The notes below the pieces were generated by a model. The model searched no databases. It was not told the origin of the DNA and saw nothing but the letters and a program-made list of their open reading frames with translations. A DNA stretch of 63,316 nucleotides, counting the filler, from Octopus bimaculoides (taxonomy: Eukaryota), in NCBI RefSeq assembly GCF_001194135.2. It is 5 parts of 5 records of this genome, joined end to end, with 100 filler letters (N's around TTAATTAATTAA, not from the genome) between each part and the next. Parts side by side here need not be neighbours in the genome. Positions count along the whole stretch, not along the records: positions 20,809 to 41,898 come from NC_069004.1; positions 41,999 to 54,211 come from NC_068983.1; 3 more parts are not named here. One strand, 5' to 3'. A program made the position numbers and the translations under genes. Positions 36,045-49,025 of the stretch are shown piece by piece; the stretch's first letter is position 1, and every line of letters starts with the position of its first letter.

Positions 36045-38984
36045 NNNNNNNNNNNNNNNNNNNNNNNNNNNNNNNNNNNNNNNNNNNNNNNNNNNNNNNN
36101 NNNNNNNNNNNNNNNNNNNNNNNNNNNNNNNNNNNNNNNNNNNNNNNNNNNNNNNNNNNNNNNNNNNNNNNNNNNNNNNNNNNNNNNNNNNNNNNNNNNN
36201 NNNNNNNNNNNNNNNNNNNNNNNNNNNNNNNNNNNNNNNNNNNNNNNNNNNNNNNNNNNNNNNNNNNNNNNNNNNNNNNNNNNNNNNNNNNNNNNNNNNN
36301 NNNNNNNNNNNNNNNNNNNNNNNNNNNNNNNNNNNNNNNNNNNNNNNNNNNNNNNNNNNNNNNNNNNNNNNNNNNNNNNNNNNNNNNNNNNNNNNNNNNN
36401 NNNNNNNNNNNNNNNNNNNNNNNNNNNNNNNNNNNNNNNNNNNNNNNNNNNNNNNNNNNNNNNNNNNNNNNNNNNNNNNNNNNNNNNNNNNNNNNNNNNN
36501 NNNNNNNNNNNNNNNNNNNNNNNNNNNNNNNNNNNNNNNNNNNNNNNNNNNNNNNNNNNNNNNNNNNNTATATATATATGTATTTATTTATATATGTATG
36601 TTTGTGTGTCTGTATTTGTCCCTCCAACATTGGCTCCAGCATGGCCACAGTCAAATGACTGAAACAAGTAAAAGAATAAAAGAGTAAAAGTATATAGTCA
36701 CACACACACACACACACACAAACACTCCCACAGTCAGGGATTCTACTAAAATGAAAGCAAAAACGAGCATGGCCACCTGATTTATTGATTGCCTGATTTG
36801 TAGCCAAACATGTCTGTGGTTGCTCACTGAAATGTGGATCATTTTCAGATTCTTGTTGAATCTTTTCATCCTAATGGCTTCCTTAAATTTAGGACCTCAA
36901 TGTTCCACTAAATTGTTTTCTCAGTACAGATAACCACGGAAAAAGACAACCTTGACAGCCCTCAAATCAGTCCCCAAAACCAGTTCTGTGTTGATCATTT
37001 GCGCCTTGTAGAAGCCGTATAACACCACTCAATGAGCTGAGCCTTTCTGGATCATAAAGACACATCATCAGTTCATCTCCTTCCACCAGAATGAGAAAAA
37101 AAAGAAGCATGATAATGATAACAGGTTGGATTGAGTAAGGGGACCCAGAAGCAGGGTGGGTCCATCATATGACCATAGAAGCTCATAAAAAAAAAGAGAA
37201 AAATACTTGCTGAAACACAACCTAGAATTTAAGTGCCAAGGTGAAGAAAGGTAACCTCCCACCCTGTCCCACCCCAGAAATCGAATCCTACTCCCCCATC
37301 CCCGGAAGGTTTGCACTCAAGAACCTTGATCCTGAACTTTGATACGTTAGAAGACAGAAATATGGCCACTTCAGTGAGATTTCTTTTTGTTGTGGACAAT
37401 GCAACTAGAGATGTTAGAATTCAAAGAATGCTTTTATCTCAACTGAGAGTCGTTATGGTGCTGCTTCTACTTGATAATGAAGGAAATAATAAAAATAATA
37501 ATTAATGATGATGATGATGATAAAATAGCAATTATAATAATGAACGAAAAGACATTATAAATCTATATGATTACTAGTTCCACCACCATCACCATCACCA
37601 CCACTGCTATCACTGCCACCACCACCACCACTGCAGCCGCCAACAACAATATACAACAACAACAGTAGCAGCAGCAAGAACGTAACCGACCTTTGATCGT
37701 AGAACTGTTCCACTGGGGCCAACCTAGGCCTAAATAATGATAACACCACCACCACCACCACTACCGCCACTGCTGTCTCCACCCTTGACAACAATTGCAA
37801 CATTACAACCCAGGAAGGATTATATTACTGTAACCAGGCCTGTGCATACACTTTTGATAGACAGCATTTAATCCTCAAATAATCCATTTTGATAAAGAAT
37901 GAATAGGTTCCAGGTAATCCAAGGATAAATATGTTTTACTGCTGGTGGTCTCTAATGAAATTGTTGTAAATTTTGTGAAGTAATTGATTTGGAAGAGAGT
38001 AGACGGTCTATAGATAGTCTAATTTGGAGAAAGACTGTGGCTAATTCACAGAAAGACCAACTAACCTGTCAACAACTGATTAATCGGTCTTATATGCAAC
38101 CAAAGTAACAACACCATTTTCTGTTTCTGCTACGTTTTTAAAGACGAAGGATAAAAACCACTTTTGTATACTTTACTGAATTCCACCTTACCAAATTTTG
38201 GCATGAACTAACCAATGGATTAATTCTTGCAAACAAATGCGGACAGTCTGTTATGGTTTTAGTTTTGGATTTACCTTAAATTTTACCTTATGATATTTAG
38301 GTCTTTGATGAAAAGTAGATGAAATTATTGGGGTTAAAAACCTTTTGGTAAACTGTTTGGTAAAGTGGGAATTAGTGTATGAACAGAAAGTGGGGGCTGT
38401 GGGTAATTTAGTAAAGGGGGAATAGTCTAGAAATAGAGTGACCATTTTCCTCTGGATTCCTAAACTTTGACTCTACGATAATTAGATTTTGGATGAACAG
38501 TGGATAAAAATCATTGAGGTTAAAAGTCTCTGGGTAAACTGTTTGATCTAGTGGGAATTAATCTGTGGGTAGAATAGAGGATAACTAACAGATAGAAAAT
38601 CTGTAGTTAATCTGTGGATAGTCTATGGATAAACTGCTGTTACTACATATTGTAATTTGTTGATAAATAATGAGTGGATTAGGGATAACTTAAGAAGTTG
38701 TAGCAAATAATAATCTGTAACTTGATAAAGAGTATACTGAATAATTTGTGGTAAGAATTGGTTTTAAAAACTTGAGGACGAACCATTGTTTAATCTAGGG
38801 TTATAGGGTTTTAGAGTATCAAAACAGGGGTCTTTTGAACAAAGAAAATACATAGTTATAAAGGGCCTTTGGTTTATTTTTTAGTTTTAAAGGGTGGTTT
38901 TGACATTGCTTTTTAGATTTACAAAATATTTTAGACAATTTGCCCCCACACAAACAAATAAATAACAGAAGCCCAAAAAGAAAA

Positions 38985-39286
38985 ATGGGATCAGAATCAA
39001 ATGAATCTGGGAATATTTTTGACCGACATCCGCTCGTGGCGGCACGGTGCATGTTTTATCTGAACGGTGACCAACATTTTGCTGGTAAAAGTATTCTTTA
39101 CAATCGAAAGAGATACCCATCTTGGGAATCGGTTTTGGTACATCTGACTGATACCTTGGCACCACAATTTGGTAAAATCCAACGAGTTTACACACCCAAC
39201 ACTGGCACCAGAATTCTTACGCCGTCATTATTGGAAACAAATAAGTGCTATGTGGCATCAAATTCGAAAAAGTTCAGTAAAATAAA
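38985..39286 (+). CDS. Doublecortin-domain protein (DCDC2-like), first coding exon
   Basis: AAAATGG start; CMFYLNGDQHFAGKSILYNRKRYPSWESVLVHLT..PQFGKIQRVYTPNTGTRI..LE.NKCYVAS..KKFSKI matches a DCX domain. Donor AA|gtaagt (phase 2) just before the domain-closing Tyr; downstream exons not identified. Confidence 0.85.
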
Positions 39287-39530
39287 GTAAGTAAAAAATC
39301 AATGTTTTTAGATTTTCTGTTTTGATATTTTGTTTTTTTAATTAATATTAATGATATTTTGATATTTGATATTTTGTTTTTTTAATTAATATTATGATAT
39401 TTTGATATTTGATATTTTGTTTTTTTAATTAATATTATGATACAGTTCTATATTTAAGAGATGAGGAATTATGTACATTATTTACATTATTTACATTTGA
39501 TGGATATTTGTCCTCATCTTGTTTGTTGTT

Positions 39531-39578
39531 AACACAATGTTTCGGCTGATATACCCTCCACAGCCTTCATCAGGTGTC
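39531..39578 (-). ncRNA. Minimal type-I hammerhead ribozyme core (degenerate)
   Basis: gacac-CTGATGA-a-ggctg-(loop)-cagcc-GAAAC-att-gtgtt: stem I, catalytic core, stem II and GAAA all present. Confidence 0.6.
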
Positions 39579-39629
39579 TTGGGGAAAATTTCGAACCTGG
39601 GTTCTCATTCCTAAGGTATTTTTTTGATG

Positions 39630-39674
<45 letters not shown>

Positions 39675-39915
39675 TCACTGCCTGGAATTGAACTCGGAAT
39701 CTTGGGATTAGTAGCCTGCGCTCTTAACCCCAAGATTCTGAGTTCGTTTCCAGGCAGTGGGCATATGGTGTAGTGGTTAAGAGCATGGGCTACCAACGCC
39801 AAGATTCAGAGTTCGATTCCAGTCAGTGACCTGAGTAATAATAATAATAATAATAATAACAACAACATCGCAAAAATACCTTTGGAATGAGAACTCAGGT
39901 TCAAAATTTCCCGAA

Positions 39916-39958
39916 GACACCTGATGATGGCTGGAGGGTATATCAGCCGAAACGTGTT
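39916..39958 (+). ncRNA. Minimal type-I hammerhead ribozyme core (degenerate, 3-nt deletion)
   Basis: gacac-CTGATGA-t-ggctg-gagggtatat-cagcc-GAAAC-gtgtt. Confidence 0.55.
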
Positions 39959-40040
39959 AACAACAAACAAGATGAGGACAAATATCCATCAAATGTAAAT
40001 AATGTACATAATGCAATATTATGATGTTAGACAAGGCAGT

Positions 40041-40270
40041 TATAATCGACTTGTCCCCTCTTGTAATCGGCTTGTCCCCTCTTATAATTGATTCGTCCCT
40101 TCTCCACTTATTCCCTCTTATAATCGACTTGTCCCCTCTTATAATCGACTTGTCCCCTCTTATAATCGACTTGTCCCCTCTTATAATTGACTTGTCCCCT
40201 CTCCACTTCTCCCCTCTTATAATCGACTTGTCCCCTTTTACTATTGACTTGTCCCCTCCTAATTTGACTT
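40041..40270. repeat. 21-bp minisatellite (ATAATCGACTTGTCCCCTCTT)n, about 10 units
   Basis: Direct inspection; unit resembles the taatcgactt.ccc segment of SINE family C and is followed by that family's tail. Confidence 0.9.
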
Positions 40271-40439
40271 ATTTCTCCCCCGAAACCACTGGCCTTGGGC
40301 CAAAATTTGGAACCAATGATCGAGAGAGAGAAGTAAGGTGACAAGCTGGCAGAATGGTTAACATGTTGAGCTTTGTCCATCTTAACATCCTCTGTTCAAA
40401 CTCCATCAGGGTCGATTTTGCATTTCATCCTTTCAGATT

Positions 40440-40688
40440 CAGCGTGACACAGAATGTGACAAGGTTGGCCCCTTTGAAATACAGGTACAACAGAAACAGG
40501 AAGAAAGAGTGAGGGAAAGTTGTGGTGAAAGAGTACAGCAGGGTTTGCCCCCCCCCCCCCGATGGAGCCTCGTAGAGCTTTAGGTGTTTTCGCTCAATAA
40601 ACACTCACAATGATCGGTCTGGGAATTGAAACCATGATCCTACGACCGCAAGTCCACTGCCCTAACCACTGGACCATTGCGCCTCCAC
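40440..40688 (-). mobile_element. SINE family A (partial)
   Basis: gtggaggcgcaatggtccagtggttagggcag head. Confidence 0.85.
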
Positions 40689-40869
40689 TATGTATATGTA
40701 TACACACATGAAATATGTAATTAATATAAATATGTATATTATATATAATGGATAAAACAATACTCTAAATGTAATCTCCTGGTAGACTGAGCGTGACTTA
40801 GTGCAGGATTTTTCAGATACAGGTATAGTCCATTTGATAGTCTTCCTCATAAAAAAACCCACACGCATG

Positions 40870-40911
<42 letters not shown>

Positions 40912-41499
40912 CATGTGCACACACATGCACGCACGCACGCTCACATTCGCGCATGTGACAATTGAAGCCACTCAGTTCTGTAATAGCTGTTAAAGCATTA
41001 ATCTTTTAATTCTCTTAACGAGCTAATTATCTTAAAAGCTCAGGTTTTTTAGTCTTTGTGGTTGGTTTAAAGCTGAAAATAGAACACAGGAAGTGGTGTG
41101 GTGTGGGGGGTGGCTTAGCTGCCTCCAGTGTACAATGCGAACAATAATACATAAAAATTATGAGATAAATAAATAAATAAACCACAAAACAACAATAGAG
41201 GGAAAAACAAAAACAATAAGAAACAAACATAAGAAATAAAGTGATTAATTTATGAATATATTAATTTTTCTGGTCTTTAGGCTTATTTATTCATTCTGGC
41301 GGAGTCGTTAGCACACCAGACAAACAGCTTGGTGGCATCTCATCCTTCTTTACGTTTCGAGTTCAAATTCCATCGAGGTTGACTTTGTTTTTTATCCTTT
41401 AAGGATCAACAAAATAAGTACCAGTTAAGCAATGGGGTTGCTGTAATCAACTTAGCCTCTTCTGCAAAGTTTTGAGGCCTTCTGCCAACAGTAGACAGA

Positions 41500-41555
<56 letters not shown>

Positions 41556-41829
41556 CATTAATGTGGCGAGCTGTCAGAATTGTAATTAGTGCATTAGGAA
41601 AAAAGTCCAGTGACATTTCTTCCACCACTTTGATTTTTATATCACGTTTGCCATAAAGAACAGTTAGATTTATCTCAGCTGGCTGTGTGGTAAGAAGCTT
41701 GCTTACCAACCATATGGTTCCGGGTTCAGTCCCACTGCATGGCACCTTGGGCAAGTGTGTTCTTCTCTAGCCTCGGGCCAACCAAAGCCTTGTGAGTGGA
41801 TCTATTTTTATGAAACTGAAAGAAGTCCG

Positions 41830-41892
<63 letters not shown>

Positions 41893-42204
41893 CATATANN
41901 NNNNNNNNNNNNNNNNNNNNNNNNNNNNNNNNNNNNNNNNNNTTAATTAATTAANNNNNNNNNNNNNNNNNNNNNNNNNNNNNNNNNNNNNNNNNNNNAC
42001 ACGTGGTGGAAACTCTCATTGTGAATGACAAATGAGGGCTCAGTAAAAGAAAGCTTTCTCTTGAGACCTGCTGGTGCCTTGCAAGCCTTTTGGCAAATGG
42101 AACAAGTTGAGGACTCAGCTTGCTTGAGTGCTTGTAGATCATTTACTACATGCTTTCCTGGATGTATATATATATATAAATATAAATGTGTGTGTGCATG
42201 TATA

Positions 42205-43020
42205 TTTGATCAATTGTTAATGTTTGGGTTAAATCAGTGGATCATTAAGGATTCCTTGATATGGAGGTTTCTAATATTACTCTCAGTGACCAGTGGAAGC
42301 ATGTATCTTGGTGGTAGTGTTATCACATTTCAGGATGTGTTCATGAAAGGAAAATGTGTGTTGTCAAAATGTTCCTTCAGTCATATGTGGAGTGATCGAA
42401 TCATGCTACCAATGTAATAGGTGGCACGTTAGGAACATTGTAACTGATAGATCACATATGTTCTCTGACACTTGCTCTTGTCACAAATGGGACAGTTCAC
42501 TAATCTTTAGGGTTGTCGTTCCACATGGGTTCTCTTCATTGACAAGTGTCTACATAGGGAAGGGCCTAAGTGGGCTAGAAAGATGTCAAAACCTTCCTTT
42601 GGTTGGCCTTAATGATAGCAGTGATGGTTCTCTTGTTGAAGTGAGTTATCCTCGGGAAACATGTTAGAGAGATTCCTCCTGCGATGTTTATTTGGTTGGT
42701 ATCTGTGGAGAGTGTTGATAACAGATGGCAGGTATCCATTGATTCCTAGAATCTTGAGAAAATGGGTGATTCATGTGACCCAGTTAGTGCTGTCACTGTA
42801 CCTGTTAATGATATGCACTCAGGACCATCCCTATATACATGTATGTCAAAGAAGAGAACCTAAGTTCGGTATACAGGCCTATATGCACTGATGCAGACGG
42901 TAGTACAATCCCACATATAAAAGCATACATAACGAGGTATCTAGATCCACACACATCCAAAAACATACTACTCCCAACCTTCATGTATGGGAAAATTCAT
43001 ACATGCATGCACATATCTAC
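42205..43020 (-). mobile_element. Penelope-like element remnant (RT thumb plus GIY-YIG endonuclease)
   Basis: ILGINGYLPSVIN; CPICDKSKCQRTYVIYQLQCS*RATYYIGSMIRSLHI*LKEH; LHIKESLMIH*FNPNIN. Confidence 0.85.
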
Positions 43021-43032
43021 ATAGGTATACCA

Positions 43033-43068
<36 letters not shown>

Positions 43069-43774
43069 AGATATTAAGTGCAGGTATGGGTGTGTGGCTG
43101 AGAAGTTTAATTCCCAGCCATGTGGTTCCAGGTTCATTCCCACTGTGTGGCACCTTGAGCATGTATCTTTTACTGTGGCCTCACACTGACCAAAGCCTTA
43201 TGAGTGGATTTGGCAGATTGAAACTAAAGAAACCTTTTGTGTGCGTTTGTGTGGATAAGTTCATATTTCACTCATGTCTGCTGGTTTGTTAACGATGGCT
43301 TCCTCCTTGCAGTCCATCACAAAAAAAGATATCTGGGTTTCTTGACATGTCTTGTGTGATTTTTGTAAACAAAAGACTCATTAAAATAGTGTCCTTTGTT
43401 TCCTCTTGGCTGGATAAAAAACATGTCTGGGACATTTGTTGTTTGATAGATTGGGAAATTATTACTTCACATGGAATCTGGTGAGGGTCTAGTGACAGGA
43501 GCTGATCCACTCATAAAACAGACTCTGTGTACTCTAGTGTGGCCTGTGCAAGCATGGAAAAGTGAATGTTAAAACGATGATGATGATGATACCAATATAT
43601 GTGTCTGATGTGCGGACCATTTTCATCAGATGAAAAATATTGAAATATAAAAGTAAGTATTGCCCTTATATATAAAAGAATCATACTCAGACAAAGTACA
43701 AATAATGACAGTTGTGAAAAAAATAAGAGCACTCAGAGAGCATAAACCACTGCCAAGGCAACATCAATGTCCTT

Positions 43775-44095
43775 TCAATAATTAGCTGGAGATGATTTTT
43801 AAAATGAGTATATCTGAAATAAACTCGACTGCTCTCACAAACAAGAATACTAAAAATGAACCTGACCGTTCTCAAAAATTAAGTAAAAAAACAGGAAAAA
43901 TAATCCAGAATCCTTGTCCAATACCAGATTGATTCCAAAATCTAATTGGTTCATGTCAGTCATGAGGCCAAACATCCCTGAAAATTTCATCCGAATCCAT
44001 CCAGTGGTTTTTGACATCTCTTGTCCACAGACAAACAAACAAGCTAACACAACTGAAAACAATACCTCTGCCTTTGCTAAGGCGGAGGTAATAAA
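43775..44095 (-). mobile_element. DINE-1/Helentron-like non-autonomous element
   Basis: Terminal hairpin acctccgccttagcaaaggcagaggt followed by gtttgtttgtctgt..ggatgaaattt. Confidence 0.65.
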
Positions 44096-44292
44096 CAATA
44101 ATGATTATAATGAACTTGCAAGTCAAGGGGAAATCCAAAAGTATATAAATAAAAATATATGCATATTAACTTTTGTAAGGAAAAGGTTGGCAGTGATTTT
44201 AAAGTTAATAAACATGTACTCTGAAGAAAAGTATTGAGATTATTTCAGTTTAAAGTGTTTATATAAACTGACAGAGAAACATTAAAAAGCAT

Positions 44293-44373
<81 letters not shown>

Positions 44374-44378
44374 TCATT

Positions 44379-44749
44379 GTGGCACTCCGTCAGTTACAAC
44401 AACAAGGGTTCCAGTAGATTAGATCAACGGAACAGCCTGCTCGTGAAATTAACGTGCAAGTGGCTGAGCTCTCCACAGACATGTACCCTTAACGTAGTTC
44501 TTGGGGGAGATTCAGAGTGTGACAAGGCTGGCCCTTTGAAATACAGGTACAAGAGAAACAGGAAGAAAGAGTGAGAGAAAGTTGTGGGGAAAGAGTACAG
44601 CAGAGTTCGCCACTACCCCCTGCTGGAACCTTGTGAAGCTTTAGGTGTTTTTGCTCAAAAAACACTCACAATGCGTGGTCTGGGAATCAAAACTGCAATC
44701 CTACATCCATGAATCTGCTGCCCTGACCACTGGGCCATTGCACCTCCAC
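44379..44749 (-). mobile_element. SINE family A, near full length
   Basis: tRNA head to gagtgccac tail. Confidence 0.9.
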
Positions 44750-45083
44750 TTTATATATATCTTTATCTTTTCAGTCATTTGACTGCAGCTATGCTGGGGC
44801 ACTGCCTTGAAGGTTTTTAGTTGAATGAATCGATTCCAGGAATATTTTTTAAGCCACACACACACACACATGCATACACACACACACACACACATATATG
44901 ATGGGCTTCTTTCAGTCTTTGTCTACTTGATCTACTCACAAGGCTTTGATCGGCCTGAGGCTATAGTAGAAGACATTTATCCAAGGTGCCATGCAGTGAG
45001 ACTGAACTTAGAGCCATGTGGTTGTGAAACAAACTTCTTATCACACAGCTATGTCTGTGTCTGCCTCACAGCCACATCTGTGC

Positions 45084-45118
<35 letters not shown>

Positions 45119-46933
45119 CATTGTTTCAATATCCACTTTTCCTTGCTTGCATGGGTCAGACAAAATATGTTGAAGCAAATTTTCTATGACCTGATGCCCT
45201 TCCTATCACTAACCTTCACCTATTTCCAAGTTAGGTAATACTCTCTTATGACTAGACAGGATTTCACAGAGGATTGCAAATGTAGAACACTGCTTGTATG
45301 ATGGTAATGTTCGTTTCCATTACTGCATGATGTTAAAACAAAGACACACAAGCACACACACACACACCTAATTAATTAATTATATACTTTTATATAAATT
45401 AATAATGTAATTATATGGATAGTGGTGTTTGTATGTCAACCATGGAAATAGTTGTAGACCTTAAATGAAATTATGAAGCATCTGTGAAATCTTTGTTAAA
45501 TATGGGTTTGTTGTTTTCGTGTTGACTGACTTTTACCTTGTGACATCAGTTATTGGTCAGTCATCACTAACAACTTCCATATTTCATTCTTTTGCTTGTT
45601 TACAACAATTTATGTCTCCTTGTCATCAGTTTACCCATTTTTGTCTGTTTTCCTATTATCTCTTCTTGATAAAGTATGTCCTGCTATAAAGACTTTCCTG
45701 CCATTTCCTTCAATTGTTCAACACTGTACTGTCTTTCTGGAGACAGCTGAGGTTGTAGGGCGCTGGATCGGATGGGTTACTGTGATTAATTCAGTATCTC
45801 ATTTTTCTGAGTTCATACTCTACCAGCATTGTTTTTGTTTTTTTTTTATCTTTGTAGAATTAATAAAACAAAAAGTCTATTAGTGTGATCAACTTAATCA
45901 ACTGTTATTTTTCCAGCAAATCGTTTGTTTTGTGCACAGCTAAAATGAATCATTGATTATAGTTTACCTTTTAATTGTAATATGCTTCAAATTATGATGT
46001 CCCAAATATGAAATTGTTGATAAAAATATGTAGCACATAATATCAATGTGTTAAAAAGAAAACTATTGTAATACTAAAGAATATTCATAATTATAAAAAA
46101 TAGTTATATCAAACAAATAAAATCACATAATTAGCTAAATCACAACTGAATAGATTATTAAGTGTCAACAGTTTCTCTCTTGTTACTTAAAATGCTCCAA
46201 ATCCTTTGGTAAAAACATTAGAAACATCTTAGATTAGTTCACCTAAGTATCTCTAAGGGAAATGTTACTGTCAAACCAAGTTCATACCTAGGATTAGAAA
46301 TTACTTTCAGTTAAATAATACTGAAAACTGAAATAATTTCCATTAACTCCATACTATCTTTCTGTATGTGCAGTAAATTAAATGGATATTTTATAAAATT
46401 CAAAAAATTATCTATAATATCAAGGAAATTACACCTGACTAAGAAGAATTTTGTGATTCCTTTTCAACATATTTGTTGCTGCCTTGTACATATGTGTGTG
46501 TGAGGGGGTGCATGTGCATATGTTTCCTCCAAACACTTTAATGTGTATGTGTGTGTGTGTGCGTGCGATCCTTATGGTTCTAAGGTTGATTTCCTTCATG
46601 TTTGCACGGGTTCAATTGGTCATTAAGGTCAGGCCTTAATGATCAATTATTTGAAGTTATTGTCCTCATAGATGAGTCAGAGAGCCATATCTAACTTGTA
46701 CACTTCACTTTTAGCTTGCTTCCCCTGACTAGATGCCCTTACTATTACCAGTGATTTTTCAGAGTGTACTGGGTTATTTGGTTGAGACATCAGCACCACA
46801 GAGATTGTCATATCCTTGACTCCACATTTCTTCATTCACCAAACCTTAAACAAAGTACATTAGATGTGGGGTTGTTTATGCCCCATTAAATTAAAGAGTT
46901 ATCTCTATTCCATAATGTAATATAGATAACATT

Positions 46934-47197
46934 GTGGAGGTGCAATGGCTCAGTGATTAGGGTAGCGGATTCATGGTCATAGGATCGCAGTTTCGATTCC
47001 CAGACTCTTTCTTCCTGTTTCTGTTGCACCTGTACTTCAAAGGGCCAGCCTTGTCACACATTGTGTCACGCTGAATCTCCTCAAGAACTACATTAAGGGT
47101 ACACATGTCTGTGGAGTGCTCAGCCACTTGCACAAGCAGGCTGTTCCATTGGTCTGATGAACTGGAACCCTCGTCATCATAACTAATGTCGTGCCAC
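46934..47197 (+). mobile_element. SINE family A with internal deletion and 12-bp TSD
   Basis: ATAGATAACATT at 46922-46933 and 47202-47213. Confidence 0.9.
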
Positions 47198-48975
47198 AAA
47201 AATAGATAACATTACTGGAAAGAAAAGTGAATAGATGTGAGATCAATGACCAAAAAGGAACCAGGATGAATGCTTATGGCAAGTAAAAATATGATGATAG
47301 AGAAGGTGAGGGGTTAAGAAGGTGGCAGATGAAAAGCAAGGGTGAGAAGTAGTAATGGGGGTGTACAGTGGTGGGAATCAATAATCATTGGCCTTGGAGA
47401 TAAACTGCTTCATTTATTTTGTTAGTGTCATTAAGAAAGACATCGTTGTTACAATTTCTCATTTCCTCCCACTGATATAAATTTTGCCTGTCTAAAGCTA
47501 GAACACATTATTCCTTAGATGACCTATTTTTTTGCCATGTTTATTAGTCTTTTCCCTATCTATACAGATAACAAAATCATCTTCAAAGCTTCATGTATAT
47601 CTCAAAAATTAAAATCAGACAAAAAGTCTCTTGAAGAAATTCTGAAATTCCAACTCAAAGTTAAGACTGGCTTATTGGGATTCTAGATCTCATTCTCTGC
47701 ATTCAGTTCCAAAAGTGAAATACATTCATTTCATCCTACTACAATTTTTTTAGCATTTTTCAAATTTTATTAAATACTTTTTTTTGTCTTAAGATGTACT
47801 ATGAAGTGTGTGTGTGTGTGTGTGTGTGTGTTTGCACGCGTGTGTGTGTGTGTGTGTGTGTGCACGCGTGTGTGTGTGTGAGGGGTGCTACTACTACTGC
47901 TAACAATCCTAACTAGCTTTGCATGAGCAATTCAATAGCTGTGAGTTGTTGAGGATTAATTCTTAAAGACCAATATTTAATTGTAATTCATTATTTTCTT
48001 CTGGAATTATTGTCAAGTAACAGATTTGTTATTGTGAATGCCAGAAGCATTTTAAATCTGACAACAATTATCATCAGGCATAACAGTTAAATTTTTATAT
48101 CACAAATTCAAGGCTACTGTTGCTTCTTTGCTTTACTTTTCACAAATTATAAATGAATTTCAATGCTATTCCTCTCAGCTGAAACCTATTTAAAATATTT
48201 TGTTGGATCTTTTATTAAAAAGAAATGTAATGCTGAGATGCAGATGAATTGTGCTAGTGATTAGGTCACAGAAGTACAAAACATTTTGACTCTTCATTAT
48301 AGACTAAACTGTTAAGAAATTTAAAAAAAGAAAGTTAATATAACAGCTTTATGTGTATTCTAATGGCTAAAATTTTTTAAAGATGCAATTATATAATACT
48401 GACAGATTGTCAACAGAGACTTTTAGATTATTCAAAGGATGCTAAACTTCCACCATTATATATAGATTTTCTCAGAGTAAGCTTTAATGTAAACATTCTA
48501 AAATGTCTGTGGTAATTTACCTTTCTTCTGATTTATTCTCATTCAGTCTCTGTCTAGTTCTTTTGTCAATCTAATTAGCTAGCTATCTCTCAGTAAGCTC
48601 ACTCCATGCCATGCATTTAACTGGATCATTTCACTTTGCCCAAAGATAAGGCATCAACATTGCAACTTCTGCTTTCCATTCACTAGAATTTAATAAGGCT
48701 CATCAGTCCTGATGAATAATTCTGATTTTGAAAATTGACCACACTTGCACAATAAATGTGTGTGTGCGTGTTTGTGTGTGTGTGCATACATGCATGTGTT
48801 TGTGTGTGTCCATCTTGTTCCACTTTTCTTTAAATACCTCTTGCTTTCTTTCTTCTTTTCAATTCTGCCAGACAACTTGCCGAAATATATTTTGTCAATT
48901 CTGCTTCAAACTTAATCAAAAATAATTGCACTATTGTTTACAATTTGAAATATTTCCAAAAACCATGCTTTTTGT

Positions 48976-49025
<50 letters not shown>

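Larger units (their letters stand above)
39442..40014. mobile_element. Head-to-head (inverted) dimer of a tRNA-headed SINE with (AAT)n spacer and hammerhead-bearing tail
   Basis: 39469-39729 is the reverse complement of 39776-40012 (about 250 bp); A/B boxes tggtgtagtggttaagagc..gagttcgattcc; AATATTATGAT at 39431-39441 and 40015-40025. Confidence 0.85.

Noticed and set aside
40021-40380. ORFs with IIDLSPL / KRGQVDY heptad repeats; superficial LRR or CRISPR look
   Set aside because: Contiguous 21-bp minisatellite with no spacers, derived from a SINE segment
40817-40990. ttttcag|A TAC as DCX exon 2 (would restore K-Y)
   Set aside because: Weak acceptor, and the frame runs straight into a (CA)n microsatellite
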